Source: Anaerolineae bacterium | GTDB taxonomy: Bacteria > Chloroflexota > Anaerolineae > Epilineales > JAANWY01 | Reading direction: 5' to 3' | NCBI GenBank assembly: GCA_046753605.1 | Contig: JBHHTZ010000001.1 | Coordinates: forward strand, 1,244-65,243 | Length of the DNA stretch: 64,000 nucleotides | In this document: positions 63,272 through 64,000 of the stretch, one piece after another | Layout: each line of letters starts with the position of its first letter | Position numbering within the stretch: position 1 is the first letter of the stretch | Translations under genes and position numbers: made by a program | Notes under the pieces: generated by a model | What the model saw: the letters and a program-made list of their open reading frames with translations, nothing else | Told to the model about the DNA's origin: nothing | The model's database searches: none

Positions 63272-63289
63272 TTTGACGTGTAAACGTCA
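63272..63289. promoter_or_regulatory. Palindrome TTGACGTGTAAACGTCAA upstream of gene 63026..63262
   Basis: Same 7-nt arms as 14063..14080. Confidence 0.5.
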
Positions 63290-63322
63290 ACCGTATGCAC
63301 TCGCCTTCCCGTCTCCGTAGTA

Positions 63323-63979
63323 CTAGTTCCACCAGAAGGCGGCGGGCCAGCCCGAGCTACTGGAACTGTGCTCTTCCTGGTATTCCTCTCCCTCGTCGAG
63401 CATGGGGTGGCGGGGAATCCAGGACCGGTTGCGCGGCCGCACGGTCACCTGCGCCTGATACTCGCTAAGAGCCGCGCCCGGGGGGCATACCCATACCCCG
63501 TCCTCGCGCCGGTAGCCCTGGCGGTAGACCGGGCGGCCTCGACGGTCGAGGGTGTACGCCGGAGACGGCGGGCAGTCCGCGTGGCGGTAGCCGAAGTCGA
63601 ATTTGACGATACGGCCGCTGATGGGCTTTCTGCAGACCAGGCAGACGGTCTTGCCCGACACCACTGCCGGCCGGCAGCGGTAGGTCACCTCGATGGGTAG
63701 AGGGCAGTCCGCGTGCCGGTAGATGTCCGAGCCGGTTCGGGTCACCAGGGAACCGGGCTCCAAGGCCTGCTTGCAGACGCGACAGAGTGAGCCCGCGGCC
63801 GCGAAGACCTGCCGGCCGCTCTTGAGCTTGAGCTTGACCGAGCAGCTGGCGTGCCGGTAGTTGTTACCGTGACGGTGTACGGCTCCACCTAGGGGAGAAT
63901 GCAGGAGTCTCCCGCAGATCGGGCAGGGTCGATCGCGCTCGACCTCGTACAGGTTGGCCGTCTCGCCGTTCGGCTGCAC
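63323..63979 (-). CDS. Cys/His-rich repeat protein (YRHADCP zinc-binding-like repeats)
   Basis: 218 aa with four repeats of C..C...YRHA(D/S)C(P/S). Confidence 0.5.
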   Translation of the reverse strand: MQPNGETANLYEVERDRPCPICGRLLHSPLGGAVHRHGNNYRHASCSVKLKLKSGRQVFAAAGSLCRVCKQALEPGSLVTRTGSDIYRHADCPLPIEVTYRCRPAVVSGKTVCLVCRKPISGRIVKFDFGYRHADCPPSPAYTLDRRGRPVYRQGYRREDGVWVCPPGAALSEYQAQVTVRPRNRSWIPRHPMLDEGEEYQEEHSSSSSGWPAAFWWN

Positions 63980-64000
63980 CAGGCGAAGGGGCGGCAGGCA

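Larger units (their letters stand above)
1..64000. mobile_element. Phage or prophage genome segment with replication, lysis, integration and virion modules
   Basis: Continuous run of phage-type genes (helicases, PolA, primase, endolysin, integrase, fibre and internal proteins); no housekeeping genes. Confidence 0.8.

Noticed and set aside
1-64000. Genome-wide TAG stop-codon recoding
   Set aside because: TAG terminates well-supported genes (e.g. 3243..3245, 23274..23276) and long intact ORFs exist under the standard code. Only isolated in-frame TAG cases were seen.

Overview
This 64 kb window is a high-GC (about 60%) double-stranded DNA phage or prophage segment. It is densely packed with genes and shows little background-like sequence. 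Left to right it contains five blocks.

- **Replication and nucleotide metabolism (about 1-21.4 kb).** Genes here include a RecD-like SF1 helicase and an NPPY DNA methyltransferase. They also include a family-A DNA polymerase with a 3'-5' exonuclease domain, a thymidylate-synthase-fold enzyme and a DUF4406/nucleoside-deoxyribosyltransferase-like protein. The block is completed by an HNH endonuclease, an SNF2-type helicase, a Cas4/RecB-like Fe-S nuclease and a D5/P4-type primase-helicase.
- **Lysis and cell-envelope block (21.4-29.3 kb).** It holds an amidase endolysin with a peptidoglycan-binding domain. Two paralogous genes follow, each behind a duplicated promoter plus structured leader. A minus-strand glycan-modification cluster (GT32-like glycosyltransferase, Methyltransf_24) ends with a SleB-like hydrolase, and a GNAT acetyltransferase lies nearby on the plus strand. 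A 270-bp symmetric inverted-repeat element with an AT-rich core sits at the right edge.
- **Integration (33-34.3 kb).** A tyrosine integrase with a candidate attP.
- **Hypothetical genes (34-41 kb).** These include a RadC-JAB protein, a ParB-like gene split by an in-frame TAG, a second SleB-like hydrolase and an SGNH hydrolase.
- **Morphogenesis and internal-protein module (41-64 kb).** This holds a beta-helix fibre, a transglutaminase-like protein and a 1203-aa protein made of tandem peptidoglycan-binding-like modules. A 396-aa tandem-repeat protein, an 861-aa coiled-coil protein and small Arg/Lys-rich Cys peptides follow.

No rRNA, tRNA or CRISPR array was recognised. Most products are hypothetical. 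Coordinates of short genes are approximate, and the ORF track uses alternative starts.
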